Below are positions 21,030 to 31,671 of a stretch of DNA of 64,000 nucleotides, in pieces (position 1 is the first letter of the stretch; every line of letters begins with the position of its first letter). Below the pieces are notes generated by a model. It did not search any database. It saw only the letters and a list, made by a program, of their open reading frames with translations, and was not told the origin of the DNA. This DNA is from a virus, in the IMG/VR virus record IMGVR_UViG_3300037851_000500, positions 48,112 through 112,111 of that record; one strand, 5' to 3'. Position numbers and translations under genes: made by a program.

Positions 21030-21743
21030 TTATCTTCTCGCTATAAAAATATTAAAAGTAAATGCCTTTCTTACTCCCTCAGACCTTGTTCTTCTTTTTA
21101 TTGCTCTATGTAACCTTTCTTTTATAAAATCTTTAATAGCCGGTTGAATCTCTTTTAAATGCTGACTAATCCAAGGTCTTGCTGCCATATTCTCAGTACC
21201 TTCTTCAAGCCACTGAGAATATCTACCAACAGATGTTGCTTTACCAATTTCATCATTTACAAATATTTTATTTCCCTTAAAAAATACTGTTTTTAATTCT
21301 CTACGATCTACACTCCAACCACCTGTTTTCAAATTTACTTGTCCTAATTTTAAAACACCAGCTTTGGTAATTTGAAACCCAATAGACTCCATTAAAGCCC
21401 CTGTCATTTCAGCAGGGTAAGACGATGGGGCAGATGCAGTATGTTCCCCCACCACCTTGTATCTTCCACCCCCAGGAGTATAAGGTTCCACATTTGGATC
21501 AAATTCGACTATAATATATGTTTTACCGGACGGTCTTTCACCAGATACTTCTTCTTTTAATATTTCAACTACAAATTGACCAATTTCATTTAATATTTCT
21601 AAATGAATATCTTCTATTACCGCTAAAATTGGATCTAATGACCGTTTAACAATATGGGCCATTAATTTATCAGTTTTAACAATCTGCTTTATCTGAACTC
21701 TCAATGATTTTACAACTTCTAAAAAATCAGATTCTTCAGGCAT
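21030..21743 (-). CDS. HK97 gp10-like neck protein
   Basis: HTASAPSSYPAEMTGAL..SI and YSQWLEEGTENMAARPW motifs. Confidence 0.8.
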   Translation of the reverse strand: MPEESDFLEVVKSLRVQIKQIVKTDKLMAHIVKRSLDPILAVIEDIHLEILNEIGQFVVEILKEEVSGERPSGKTYIIVEFDPNVEPYTPGGGRYKVVGEHTASAPSSYPAEMTGALMESIGFQITKAGVLKLGQVNLKTGGWSVDRRELKTVFFKGNKIFVNDEIGKATSVGRYSQWLEEGTENMAARPWISQHLKEIQPAIKDFIKERLHRAIKRRTRSEGVRKAFTFNIFIARR

Positions 21744-21744
21744 T

Positions 21745-22092
21745 TTATGTTTCCTGAATAGCTAAGTATAATTCTTTATGATGCAGCCCCTTTGAATCAT
21801 AAACATCCAATGATGGAGTTACATATAAATAAGTAGAAGTATTTTTTAATTTAATTCTATCCCCATGAACAATATCCTCATTCTTTAAAAAAAATCCCAA
21901 AAATTCATTTCTTGCTGTTTGACCAGTTGGAGTTTGTGATAACGTAGAAGTAAAATTCCCAACTTTATCCAAACGACAAGGAACTTCAGTAGCTATTTCA
22001 CTCCAAGATTGGAGCATATGCCCCTGACTATTCAAAGAATTAATTTTTCGTTCAATAGAACATCTTTGAACTAATAAGCCTATATAAGACAT
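21745..22092 (-). CDS. Head closure / head-tail adaptor protein
   Basis: W..IATEVPCRL..DI..GDRI..HHKEL pattern; synteny. Confidence 0.75.
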   Translation of the reverse strand: MSYIGLLVQRCSIERKINSLNSQGHMLQSWSEIATEVPCRLDKVGNFTSTLSQTPTGQTARNEFLGFFLKNEDIVHGDRIKLKNTSTYLYVTPSLDVYDSKGLHHKELYLAIQET

Positions 22093-22802
22093 TATCCTAT
22101 AGACTCCTTACGAAATCTTCCAAGGTTAGCAAAAATATTAGGAGCAAAACCTTTTAATGTATTAATTACTGTTGCAGAATAATTCTCATATTGATAACCA
22201 CCAATAGTTTCACTTTGTAATAAAGGATTTTGTGGTGAATTAATTATCGTTTTAATAGACTCAAACAATAAATATTGAAGTTCAAACATTTCTGGGGAAT
22301 CAGCCTCATAGCCCCCGTTCCATTTAACTTTAATAGTTTTGTAATACCCAAAATCAAAACCTTGATCATAAATTAATAAGCCCTTATTTTTATATAAAAT
22401 ATACCCATCTGTAGCCAAATAATCTGTAGACTCAGTAACAGCAACATCTCTTATTAAAAATGAAGTTATAGAATTAACAGGGTAAGTTGGAAACCAAAAA
22501 TTGTTAAATTTAGGTGGGTCAAAGATACAATATCCCAAATTATATTCGTAAACTATATTATCCTCATTTGGGTCAAGCTCATCAATCGGATCTTCATCTG
22601 CAATATCATAGGAATACCACTGTGCTTTTAATCGTCTATTACAAAATTTATCAAAAACAGTAGAAGCAGAGTTAATAGTTCTGGATATAAAATCATCTCT
22701 TACTCCACCATCAGAAGTAAAATTAGGATCTACTTGCTGTTGGTACATCTGATAAAATGTATCTAAATCCATTAAAGCATTATTAGTAAGAGAAACGGGC
22801 AT
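22092..22802 (-). CDS. Head-tail connector protein (gp6/gp15-like)
   Basis: INSAS..FDKFCNR, YPVNSITS, IKVKWNGGY, SETIGGYQY motifs. Confidence 0.8.
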   Translation of the reverse strand: MPVSLTNNALMDLDTFYQMYQQQVDPNFTSDGGVRDDFISRTINSASTVFDKFCNRRLKAQWYSYDIADEDPIDELDPNEDNIVYEYNLGYCIFDPPKFNNFWFPTYPVNSITSFLIRDVAVTESTDYLATDGYILYKNKGLLIYDQGFDFGYYKTIKVKWNGGYEADSPEMFELQYLLFESIKTIINSPQNPLLQSETIGGYQYENYSATVINTLKGFAPNIFANLGRFRKESIG

Positions 22803-22804
22803 TT

Positions 22805-23092
22805 TTATTTTCTCCCTATAATATCAACAGGGAATAATGGGTCTTGATCCCCAGGATAAAAAAATTCTTCTTCCTCTTTAATTTTACCCAGTGATTTTTT
22901 TTCTGGAGCCACCCACATCATTTTATCTTGTGGGGGCATTTGCACATTTTTATTTCTATCAATATCATTATTTCCAACAAAAATAATTGCTCTTTTTATT
23001 TTAATTAAATTTTCAGCTATATGGTTAGGAAGATCTATAACAGTTTTACCATATCTAATAATGTCAGAGCGATCTAACAGTTTTAACAGCAT
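22805..23092 (-). CDS. Small head-region hypothetical protein
   Basis: Likely start ATG 23092 after GAGG; PPQDKM motif; position after the capsid genes. Confidence 0.5.
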   Translation of the reverse strand: MLLKLLDRSDIIRYGKTVIDLPNHIAENLIKIKRAIIFVGNNDIDRNKNVQMPPQDKMMWVAPEKKSLGKIKEEEEFFYPGDQDPLFPVDIIGRK

Positions 23093-23110
23093 ACCCACCT
23101 CTCTTATAAT

Positions 23111-23142
23111 TAGGGGGTACAAACCGGAGTCTGTACCCCCTA
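23111..23142 (-). terminator. Stem-loop after capsid/decoration genes
   Basis: tagggggtaca...tgtacccccta inverted repeat. Confidence 0.6.
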
Positions 23143-23175
23143 CATCCGGCTTTACTACTTAGCCGACAAAATTAA

Positions 23176-23607
23176 TTAACTCGCGGCAACTCTGGGCTTA
23201 CGACCAGTTCCATAAGTAAGAGAAACCACATCCCCGCCTTGAGTAACGGGACGCCAACGATCCTCAAAGGTGATACCATAAAGACCATATGAAACATTGC
23301 CACCAGCAGCAACAGCATAAACTCGAAGGTAACGATAAAAATCCACCACATCAAAAAGAAAAAGACCAGTAGAATCAATTGCCGCAGCAGTAACAAAATC
23401 TGTATCATAGGTATCATCATCAGATGAATCCCTGAAGGTAAGAGTAAGTGTGCCAGCATTTGCCCCAACATCTGCAATAAACAGAATTCTATTGGGGCGT
23501 TGCCCATCTGCCCACATATCAACATCTGTAAGCGTTTCATTGCCAACAGCAAGTTCAGCGTAAGATTTGAAAAGAATTACACGATGATTATTCAGAATAT
23601 CAAACAT
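23176..23607 (-). CDS. Putative capsid decoration/cement protein
   Basis: 143 aa beta-rich protein directly after the major capsid gene; RYLRV motif; strong GGAGG RBS. Confidence 0.6.
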   Translation of the reverse strand: MFDILNNHRVILFKSYAELAVGNETLTDVDMWADGQRPNRILFIADVGANAGTLTLTFRDSSDDDTYDTDFVTAAAIDSTGLFLFDVVDFYRYLRVYAVAAGGNVSYGLYGITFEDRWRPVTQGGDVVSLTYGTGRKPRVAAS

Positions 23608-23683
23608 AGTTTTTCCTCCATTACAGTCTAATTGTTATTTTTATAAGAGGAAATTTTATTCCCCCATTCAGTAAATTTAAAAA

Positions 23684-24925
23684 TTATGAAGTCGGACCAA
23701 GCAAAACAAATGCTTTTGGCATAGCTGCCTGACCATCTAAACGACCGGAACACCGCAAAGCTGTACGGTTATTTCGGAACTTATAATGGCGCGAAGAATC
23801 CATGCTGAAATCCTGACGGAAGCCAATATAATACCAATTCCAGGCACCAAGAATAACATCACCAGTAGATCCAAGAGCAGGAATTTTACCATCTGCCAAA
23901 ACTGCTGGTCTACCAAGCAAACTCATGGTATATCCATCAGCAATATTGGCATAGGACTCTTGAAGAACCAGCTCTTTACTGGACTCACTAACAGTCTGAC
24001 CCCGCAAAGAAGCGCGGGCCTGTTTAGTAATAAACCAAACAGATTGCGGATCAAACATAGAAGGAAGTCTTGCTTCCATATTAAGAATATCCTGGACTTC
24101 AACTGCATTTGAAGTTTGACGATTAACCATAAGAACACCAGGATCATTAAGAATACCAAGCGGTTTCTTACCACCTGTACCCTGAATAAATTCCTTATCA
24201 GTGTACCAATACCAAGCAGATCTAAACAGGCGGGTAAGATAATTCAAGAAATTAATAATAGAATCATCAAGCAGGGTGTTAGTAATTTCGGTATATCCTG
24301 CCAATTCGTGGACAATCATCTCAACCAAACCAAAACTGGGTTCAGTGGCGGGCTTTTCTCCACCTTCCTCAACCCAATCAAAAGTAACACCAGCAAAATG
24401 ATCAAAATTCTGATCCTGAACATCAGGATTTTGCATGAGCTTGGGGAACATCATCTTTTCCCCAACCATCGGCCACACTGTAGCCCGCCGCCACACCAAA
24501 GTATCTTCTGCATCATACATAATCATCATGGCGCGAAATTCTTCAGGCACAGTATAACCACCAGCAGAATCGGTAGATTCAGAAAGCAGTTTTGTTTGAA
24601 CTCCACCCTTCAAATAAGCAGCAAAATCCTTTGCCCAAGCCTGCATTTCATCAGAAACAACCATCCACGGTGCGGATTTATTGCGAAGATTAATAACCGA
24701 TCCTTGTTTGGTAGTAAGATACCCACCATCAATTTTAGCAAAAGGCAAATTAGAAATAAGTTTAGACGAATCATTATCAGTAAAAGGTCGAGCGATATTA
24801 TTCTGCAAATCTTTTACCATTTGCTGAAGGGTGTCTTTTACCATCTGGGTAAAAGGCTCATCCTTCATTGTGGACTCCAACTGCCCCTTAACTAACGCAA
24901 TAAGATCTTCTTTGGTCATTTTCAT
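23684..24925 (-). CDS. Major capsid protein, HK97 fold
   Basis: K|LLSESTDSAGGYTVPEEF, WVEEGGEKP, GTGGKKPLGIL, LLGRP, RLDG..PKAF motifs; N-terminal delta-like domain. Confidence 0.95.
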   Translation of the reverse strand: MKMTKEDLIALVKGQLESTMKDEPFTQMVKDTLQQMVKDLQNNIARPFTDNDSSKLISNLPFAKIDGGYLTTKQGSVINLRNKSAPWMVVSDEMQAWAKDFAAYLKGGVQTKLLSESTDSAGGYTVPEEFRAMMIMYDAEDTLVWRRATVWPMVGEKMMFPKLMQNPDVQDQNFDHFAGVTFDWVEEGGEKPATEPSFGLVEMIVHELAGYTEITNTLLDDSIINFLNYLTRLFRSAWYWYTDKEFIQGTGGKKPLGILNDPGVLMVNRQTSNAVEVQDILNMEARLPSMFDPQSVWFITKQARASLRGQTVSESSKELVLQESYANIADGYTMSLLGRPAVLADGKIPALGSTGDVILGAWNWYYIGFRQDFSMDSSRHYKFRNNRTALRCSGRLDGQAAMPKAFVLLGPTS

Positions 24926-24958
24926 AATAATTTTTCCTCCATAAATATTTATTTTGAA

Positions 24959-26512
24959 TTAATCAATTTTGCCAGAATTAACAATGGCATCAGTTAATTG
25001 TTTTTTAAGACTTACTGTAATATCCCCAACAACAGATTTCCCAATTTCGCCTACTACATTTTTCAATTCCGCTTCATCAATTTCAATGGTGTCTTCATCT
25101 TCAGAATTAGATTTTTTGTCATCTACCGGATCTTTTTTTTCGGTATCAACAATTTCTAAATCTTCAGACTCATTACCATTATCTACTTGATCCTGCTGTT
25201 TTTCATCTTCTAATTCACAAACAAATTCAGGATCAGTATTATTATTACAAATATTCTCTTGTTTATCAACAAGTTTTTCCATAACAGTATTCATAGACTT
25301 GGATAAAGATTCAACCACAGAAATAATTTTTTCAATTTTTTCAGAAATAATATTAATATCATTATTTACATCTTTTTGCGTTTCATTATCACTGGGTTCC
25401 GTAACACCAGCAGATTCAACGCTCCCTGTGCCATCATCAGGCTTGTCATCCCCTGCATCATCATCAGACTTAGTATCCAAAATGCTATCATCCGGTTTCT
25501 TTCCCTCCGTATTGTCATTTTCAATAGAAATGGAATTTTTACCGCTATAAACCCTGTAAGTATAATTATGAACAGAATTGGGATCTCCCCAATTAAAAGG
25601 TTTAACACCATCAAAATAAGTTAATTCAACGTCCTGAATTACAGGCTCAACAAAAATTCCTTTTTCATCATCATACTGAACATGATAATAAAATGATTTA
25701 ACAACCTTTTCTCCATTTTCTTTTACAAAGTCAACAGCAAGATCTTTATCAAATTGTTCTGGATCAAAAGAATAACCAACAACAACTTCTGCATCCTTTT
25801 CAGGATGATCCTCATCAATAGCTTTCCCAAAAATGACATAAGCTCCTTGATTATTTTCAATGGGAACTTGTTTCGGATTAGAAAATTGCGAAGGATCTCT
25901 TACTGGGTAAAATAACCACTCATCGCTTCTACGAGCAAAAAATTCAGGATAACCAACATCCAACATGCTTTTCACAAACTCAGAACCTTCATAAGAAAGG
26001 TTCACATTGGCATTCGGATTTGCTGGAACTGCTACAGCAGAAACTTCAAGCAATTCTTGCTTCAAAAATTCTTTTCCACCCCACCAATTATTGGGATCAC
26101 GCTCATTAAATTCAATTCCTCTAAAACCAACACTAAATGATGTTAAAAATCCATTTGCATATTTTTGAAATATTTTTACAGAAAAATCATCATTCTTATC
26201 AAATTTGGGCTTAAACAAAAGTCTCTTATTTACGGAATCCACCCAAACTCTGGTAGCTTTCGCAACAGGAAGATCCCAGTAATTATGGGACCAAGGAACT
26301 ACAGGGTTCTTTTTAAAATTCTTCAAATCCCAACCGGAAACACGGATAATATCTTTATCCCTATCCTCATCTTCAGTAGATGCAATAGCAACAAAGGTTA
26401 AATTTGCATCATCTAACTGTTCAATTTTTACCCCAACACAATCTGAACCAAAAACAGGGGCACCATCTTTTTTAATAGGTTGCCCTGCTTTACTCTTTAA
26501 TTGATAAGCCAT
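24959..26512 (-). CDS. HK97-family prohead protease with long acidic C-terminal (scaffold-like) extension
   Basis: ASTEDEDRDKDII..GW..F.KNPVVPWSH, GFLTSFSVGF, ELLEVSAVAVPANPNA. Confidence 0.9.
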   Translation of the reverse strand: MAYQLKSKAGQPIKKDGAPVFGSDCVGVKIEQLDDANLTFVAIASTEDEDRDKDIIRVSGWDLKNFKKNPVVPWSHNYWDLPVAKATRVWVDSVNKRLLFKPKFDKNDDFSVKIFQKYANGFLTSFSVGFRGIEFNERDPNNWWGGKEFLKQELLEVSAVAVPANPNANVNLSYEGSEFVKSMLDVGYPEFFARRSDEWLFYPVRDPSQFSNPKQVPIENNQGAYVIFGKAIDEDHPEKDAEVVVGYSFDPEQFDKDLAVDFVKENGEKVVKSFYYHVQYDDEKGIFVEPVIQDVELTYFDGVKPFNWGDPNSVHNYTYRVYSGKNSISIENDNTEGKKPDDSILDTKSDDDAGDDKPDDGTGSVESAGVTEPSDNETQKDVNNDINIISEKIEKIISVVESLSKSMNTVMEKLVDKQENICNNNTDPEFVCELEDEKQQDQVDNGNESEDLEIVDTEKKDPVDDKKSNSEDEDTIEIDEAELKNVVGEIGKSVVGDITVSLKKQLTDAIVNSGKID

Positions 26513-26515
26513 AAT

Positions 26516-28456
26516 TTATTCTCCTTTATCCAAAATTAATTCACAATCGCAGCTTAAACTAAAAATCTCACCGGGGAATCTTATTTGATGTATCCCCAAT
26601 TTAAATGTATCAAATGATTTTTTTTCTTTTATTCTTCCTCTATGCCCACACTCATTACTATTAACAAGCCAAACCATAGGTTTATTTTCAGAATGCAAAA
26701 CAATGTATTTTACAAAGTTTAATGCCGCACGTATAACGTAATTATTTATTTTAGATAGTCTTGGGTTAGAATCAAAACAAAATTTTACATGATCCTCCCA
26801 AGTATCAATATCTCTGTTTACTTTAATTAAAGTTTCAAAATATCTTTTAGAAATATCAATGGAAATACGATCAAGCCAGGGGTCTTCCTTACATAAATTA
26901 TTTATTTCTTTTTCTGATATATTAAAAATATGTTCCCCAAAAACCCCCATCATAGATAAAATTCCACTTTTTATATTTTCAGATGTATTTTTAACAAAAA
27001 TATCATCTGTTATTGTGTTATTTGGTATTGAACTTAACGAACTTGATAAAAATTTTATAATTGCTGTATTCCAGCTTTCTCTTGCTTTAGCTTCTATTGT
27101 CAATATATCACTTTTTTTATTAGCTTGTCCAGAAATTGATCTTCCATCAGTAGGATTATCATCTCTTGGGTCCGATCCATCTGGTGCAGGGCGTGTATCT
27201 CCCCCGGTATTATCATCCCCATTTCCAGAACGATCCGGTCTTACAGCAGCAGCAGTTACTTTATCAATATCTTCAATATCTATATATTTATTTGGAATTA
27301 ATAGTCTGTCCCCTTCAGGTTTTGGGGGTTTATTTAGATAATCCTTTCTATATTCATTAATTGTCATGGCAGGCAATCCACCCAAATAGGTTTTAGCCTC
27401 TAAAACTTCTAATTGCCTGTCTCTTGGTATAGGATTGTCATGTTTAATTTGCAATCGCTCATCAAAAGTTTTACAAACACCCTCAGTCAATTCCTCATCC
27501 CACAAAAATAAACGTGGGCCTATTGACTCTCTATTAAAAGAAATATCAGATTGAACAGATCCAGCCCTATTAGAATCAATTCCACCTAATTTTGACTCTG
27601 GAACACGATAACATGCCAAAACCTTGTCCTTAGACCATTTAGCCAAATTTAAAAACTCAAAATCTTTATTTGCGAAACTTAATTGAACTGGTTTTAACCC
27701 AGAGTCTAAAACAGCAACATCATGGAAAACCCCACGATATTTCTCTTTCCACCTTGATTTAATTTCATCAGCTTTATCCTGATCTATTGGTACTTCAGTG
27801 GTTAAAGCAAAATCTGTTCTTGCGCTATTTTTAAAAAAATCTCTTTCATAAATTTCAATGTATTTGTCCAAGTCAGTAGCATATGCTTGCGCCTGAATAG
27901 GACTCATTGGGTCATACGGATTTTTCGGATTTGGATAATTAACTACAATTAATTCAGAAATATCAAAATCTATCCAACCACCTTTTCCAGATTTAAAAAT
28001 ATATTTGACACTGGGATTTATCATTGAATTAGAAACTTCAGTTTTAACAAAATCTACCATGTTCATAGGCCACAACTCCCAAACTTGACCAAGAACATTC
28101 TTTACAGGATATAAAACCGACATTCCAGTAAGATCCAACTGAATTTGACAAAATTGCATAATAAATCTAAATGTCATTAAATCATTGGGATGATAAAATG
28201 GTTTAGTAAATGTTTTAAAATTTTTATTTTTTGTAGATAATTCCTCTCCAGTATCTTTATTATAAAATTTAAATGGTATAGTAGAAACCCTATCAGAAAT
28301 AAGTGTTACGCAAGAATATACCCAGGATCTATATGCATCTAACTGTTGATTAACCCCAGTAAGTAAATTACCCCCATCCATTTTTTCCCTAACAATCATT
28401 TGTCGTAATTGTTCATATGATTTTTTAATACTGAAATTATAACCAAAAATTTTCAT
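26516..28456 (-). CDS. HK97-family portal protein with C-terminal MuF-like extension
   Basis: WVYSCV..IS, SPIQA, FFKNSA, VLDSGL..DFEFL, YRVP..LG, MTINEYR motifs; C-terminus ..FPGE..SCDC. Confidence 0.9.
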   Translation of the reverse strand: MKIFGYNFSIKKSYEQLRQMIVREKMDGGNLLTGVNQQLDAYRSWVYSCVTLISDRVSTIPFKFYNKDTGEELSTKNKNFKTFTKPFYHPNDLMTFRFIMQFCQIQLDLTGMSVLYPVKNVLGQVWELWPMNMVDFVKTEVSNSMINPSVKYIFKSGKGGWIDFDISELIVVNYPNPKNPYDPMSPIQAQAYATDLDKYIEIYERDFFKNSARTDFALTTEVPIDQDKADEIKSRWKEKYRGVFHDVAVLDSGLKPVQLSFANKDFEFLNLAKWSKDKVLACYRVPESKLGGIDSNRAGSVQSDISFNRESIGPRLFLWDEELTEGVCKTFDERLQIKHDNPIPRDRQLEVLEAKTYLGGLPAMTINEYRKDYLNKPPKPEGDRLLIPNKYIDIEDIDKVTAAAVRPDRSGNGDDNTGGDTRPAPDGSDPRDDNPTDGRSISGQANKKSDILTIEAKARESWNTAIIKFLSSSLSSIPNNTITDDIFVKNTSENIKSGILSMMGVFGEHIFNISEKEINNLCKEDPWLDRISIDISKRYFETLIKVNRDIDTWEDHVKFCFDSNPRLSKINNYVIRAALNFVKYIVLHSENKPMVWLVNSNECGHRGRIKEKKSFDTFKLGIHQIRFPGEIFSLSCDCELILDKGE

Positions 28457-28536
28457 TTACATTCCCTCCACGTTGATTGGTCATTAGACCTTTAACGTAT
28501 TCTCCATTTTTAGCATTAGCTAAGATTATGGACAAA

Positions 28537-31074
28537 CTAGTATATATTCGGCCCCGTATCCTTTCTAATTAGTTGATTTGCCCCTGCTCTAGCAAACCAA
28601 AAGGACATAACAATGTCTGTAGTTTCATAAAATGGATGATGCAAAAATTCTTGAAATAGCAACATCCAAGGGTTATTAGCATCAATCTCCCCGACTTTAG
28701 GTTCTTGTTCAAAACAAAACATCCATTCATTATTCTCAAATTCTTTTTCAATACTGGGCAAACCAATTAAAGGATCTGCTTTATTGCTTCCTGTTAAAAA
28801 TCCTTCAATTTTTAATCTATACTTTTTATACTTTTCAGACCCTAAAGAAGTAGTTAGCATTTCAATAAGGGCATCCTGAACACCATTGTTCTCTGCCATG
28901 AAAAGATCAATACCATATTTTTGATAAAATTTAATCATGTAATGTGGTAATTCCTGTGAACCGCGTAAACATACAACCTCTACAGGAACTTTCATACCAG
29001 AAAATTTATTAACAGCTAAAACGGACAAAATAGTACCAGGACGTTTCTTGCTGGCAAAATCAATTCCAGCAACAAAAATCCAGTTTTTCTCATTTTCTAT
29101 TAATCTACTGGGGGAAATACCAAAATGACAACAACGCTTGAAATTAGGAAAGGATTTATCAGCATCGGTATAAGGAATTAATCTATAACCACGATTAAAA
29201 TCCCTTTGCCCTAATACTTTTAATCTATCAATTAGATCATTCTTATTAAATAATGTCCACAATGGTAATGTGTATTTAGCACCAAAAGAGTCTTTATATA
29301 ATAAATTATTTAAATCTTCTGAGACAGCCAACTCCATCCAAGACCATACAGGATTGGCCTGAATCATATTTGCTAAATCATTTTCATGCCATTTATTCAT
29401 CAAAACTATAACTTCAGAATTATTTGGTATAAGCCGTGTTAACCAAACATTTTTAAATGTTTCCTCAATCTTTTTCCGCATTGTAGGTTCCAATACGGCT
29501 GTTTTCAAATCTTGTGGATCATCTAAAATAATAAGATTTGCACGACCACCAAGAGCAGTAGATAAAATACCATACGCTTCTACAGTTCCATCTTTTGACA
29601 TTGCATCCCGTTTAACAATGAATCTCTGCGACCCCCAAATACTGGTTGGTTGTACATGCGGAGCAATTTTCTTAAAATCATCATCTTTTGCTATATATTC
29701 TCTCAATGCTCGGCATCTTTTAACTGCCTCTGTTTCTGAAACGTGAACCATCTTAACTAATATATTTGGATCTTGTGCAATTCTATATAAAACATACCCA
29801 ACACAGATTTGCTCGGTATTATGAGTTACCGTAAAGTCACCAAGCAAAAATAAATGATTCCCATCCAATCCAAAACCAAAGTATTCCTTTTCCCCCACTG
29901 GTTCTACATCAAAACCATAAACTAACGGATTTTTTATTTGTTTCCTAACATCTGCTTTCTTCCTTGTCTTACAAGGAATTAAATGAGTATTACCACTAAT
30001 AATAATTACATAATAAGGAACATCATTTACATATTTAATTCTATGTGAAACAGAAAACCCAAGAGATCTGCAAAGAAACAAAATATCATCACGCATCCCA
30101 ATCCACTTAGTTGCTATCTCAAAACAATTATCAGATAAATACCCATCTGTATCAATCAATCCAGCAAGTAATTGAAGTCTAACCAATCTATGATTTTTCA
30201 AATATTGTGGGTCTATTCTTTTTCCGTCAATACATGAACTTTTCAAAAATAACCAATGGTCTGTTTTTTTAGTAGATCCATTAATAAAATTTAAACTATA
30301 ATCAAAACACCCAGAACTACTTTGTGTTTGCCGCACACTATAACCATTTTCATTTGCCCATAAATTTATACAATTAACAATCTCCGTATCAAAATTATTA
30401 ATAGTAAATCTAAAATTATGTATGTGACCATCCCCAAGCCATATCCCATAAAAATAGGGGTCCAATTGAACGGGCTTATATTTAAAAGAAAGTGGTACTT
30501 TATAGAGTTTTAAACAATTCTTTTTTACCCACTCAGGAAGTTCTAGAAAATCTTTTAAAGGTAAAACTATCTTTTCCCCCCTCTGATAACCAGCTATTCT
30601 ATTAGAAACAGTAAAAGCAAGAATATGAGATTCATTACATTCAAATGAATCACCATTCTTCAGTGTAACCTTGTATGCCCGCTCTTTCCCATGACCAAGG
30701 AACAAAACTTTTCTGGGAGTACCATCATCCCCCATAATTAAATCACCAACTTTAACATCTTCTACTTTTTTCAAATCTCCTGAATAAGTAAGCACCTGAG
30801 TATCGGCGCAAAATGATTTGCCCATCCCGAAAGCCCCAAGTACAAGCATCTTATTAAAACCATGTTTTTTAGCCTTTCTAACAAATCTGTGCATAATATT
30901 ATGTACAGCTTCATTTTTAACCACAGCACCAGAAGTATCTTTTAATACTTGAAAGGTAAAAACTTCAGATTTTTTAGGAAGGAGTTCTTTATGGTCAACA
31001 TCTATTTTATCTACAAGTTGACTAAGACTTGATTTAAAAAAATTTTTTATATCCCCATCTAAAGCAGAATACAT
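28537..31074 (-). CDS. terL: Terminase large subunit with intein
   Basis: Walker A GAFGMGK|T split by an intein; GGRANLIILDD Walker B; C-terminal nuclease AGIDFAS..ENNG..DIVMS. Confidence 0.92.
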   Translation of the reverse strand: MYSALDGDIKNFFKSSLSQLVDKIDVDHKELLPKKSEVFTFQVLKDTSGAVVKNEAVHNIMHRFVRKAKKHGFNKMLVLGAFGMGKSFCADTQVLTYSGDLKKVEDVKVGDLIMGDDGTPRKVLFLGHGKERAYKVTLKNGDSFECNESHILAFTVSNRIAGYQRGEKIVLPLKDFLELPEWVKKNCLKLYKVPLSFKYKPVQLDPYFYGIWLGDGHIHNFRFTINNFDTEIVNCINLWANENGYSVRQTQSSSGCFDYSLNFINGSTKKTDHWLFLKSSCIDGKRIDPQYLKNHRLVRLQLLAGLIDTDGYLSDNCFEIATKWIGMRDDILFLCRSLGFSVSHRIKYVNDVPYYVIIISGNTHLIPCKTRKKADVRKQIKNPLVYGFDVEPVGEKEYFGFGLDGNHLFLLGDFTVTHNTEQICVGYVLYRIAQDPNILVKMVHVSETEAVKRCRALREYIAKDDDFKKIAPHVQPTSIWGSQRFIVKRDAMSKDGTVEAYGILSTALGGRANLIILDDPQDLKTAVLEPTMRKKIEETFKNVWLTRLIPNNSEVIVLMNKWHENDLANMIQANPVWSWMELAVSEDLNNLLYKDSFGAKYTLPLWTLFNKNDLIDRLKVLGQRDFNRGYRLIPYTDADKSFPNFKRCCHFGISPSRLIENEKNWIFVAGIDFASKKRPGTILSVLAVNKFSGMKVPVEVVCLRGSQELPHYMIKFYQKYGIDLFMAENNGVQDALIEMLTTSLGSEKYKKYRLKIEGFLTGSNKADPLIGLPSIEKEFENNEWMFCFEQEPKVGEIDANNPWMLLFQEFLHHPFYETTDIVMSFWFARAGANQLIRKDTGPNIY
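29818..30816 (-). mobile_element. Intein (333 aa) with LAGLIDADG homing endonuclease
   Basis: N-terminus SFCADTQVL, block B FECNESHIL, PYFYGIWLGDG and LLAGLIDTDG, C-terminus NHLFLLGDFTVTHN followed by Thr. Confidence 0.92.
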
Positions 31075-31077
31075 ATT

Positions 31078-31602
31078 TTACCCCAATTTTTGTTGTTCTA
31101 TCATTTTAACTTCTTTAGCAACATCAATTGCATGATCCGCATCAATTTGACTAAGTTCCTGAAGTATTAATTTTCTAATATTGGGGTCTATTCTATTTAC
31201 TACTTGGATAACAGCGTTCATAAAACTATTAATTTTAATTTCATATTCGTGCTTAATTGTATCTTTCTTCCCATATTTCTTTGGAAACTTTCTTTCTAAA
31301 AACCAAGCTGATGCTTGCCACTGTCCAAAGTCACCAGCCCTCTCAATATTTTTTACATGCTTAAATTCACAAGTAGCTTGACATTTCTGAATTAATTCTT
31401 CAAAATCTGGGTCAGATCTGTACAGATCTAACTTATACTGGCTAATGTTAACTAACTTAGAAGCCTCTATAAGATCAACACCGGACTCCATTATTTCTAT
31501 TAACTTGGTTTTGAGGTATAATTCTTCAGCACCCTTGGATAAATCAGATATTTTATCTGAACCAACAAAATGATGTTTTGGGGTCAATTTAAACCGCTTC
31601 AT
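31078..31602 (-). CDS. terS: Terminase small subunit
   Basis: Start likely ATG 31602; HTH-like N-terminal part and WQASAWFLERKFPKKYG motif; immediately upstream of terL. Confidence 0.75.
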   Translation of the reverse strand: MKRFKLTPKHHFVGSDKISDLSKGAEELYLKTKLIEIMESGVDLIEASKLVNISQYKLDLYRSDPDFEELIQKCQATCEFKHVKNIERAGDFGQWQASAWFLERKFPKKYGKKDTIKHEYEIKINSFMNAVIQVVNRIDPNIRKLILQELSQIDADHAIDVAKEVKMIEQQKLG

Positions 31603-31671
31603 AAAAAATCTCCAATACACTAAGTAATTGTTTATTATTCTATACGAAAACAACTAAGGAAGTCAACAATT

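Noticed and set aside
24116-24895. 259-aa plus-strand ORF and other antisense or alternate-frame ORFs (e.g. 15049..15492, 26859..27341, 42057..42395, 42073..42348, 55457..55714)
   Set aside because: They are shadows of clear genes or of tandem repeats, with no RBS or recognisable motifs
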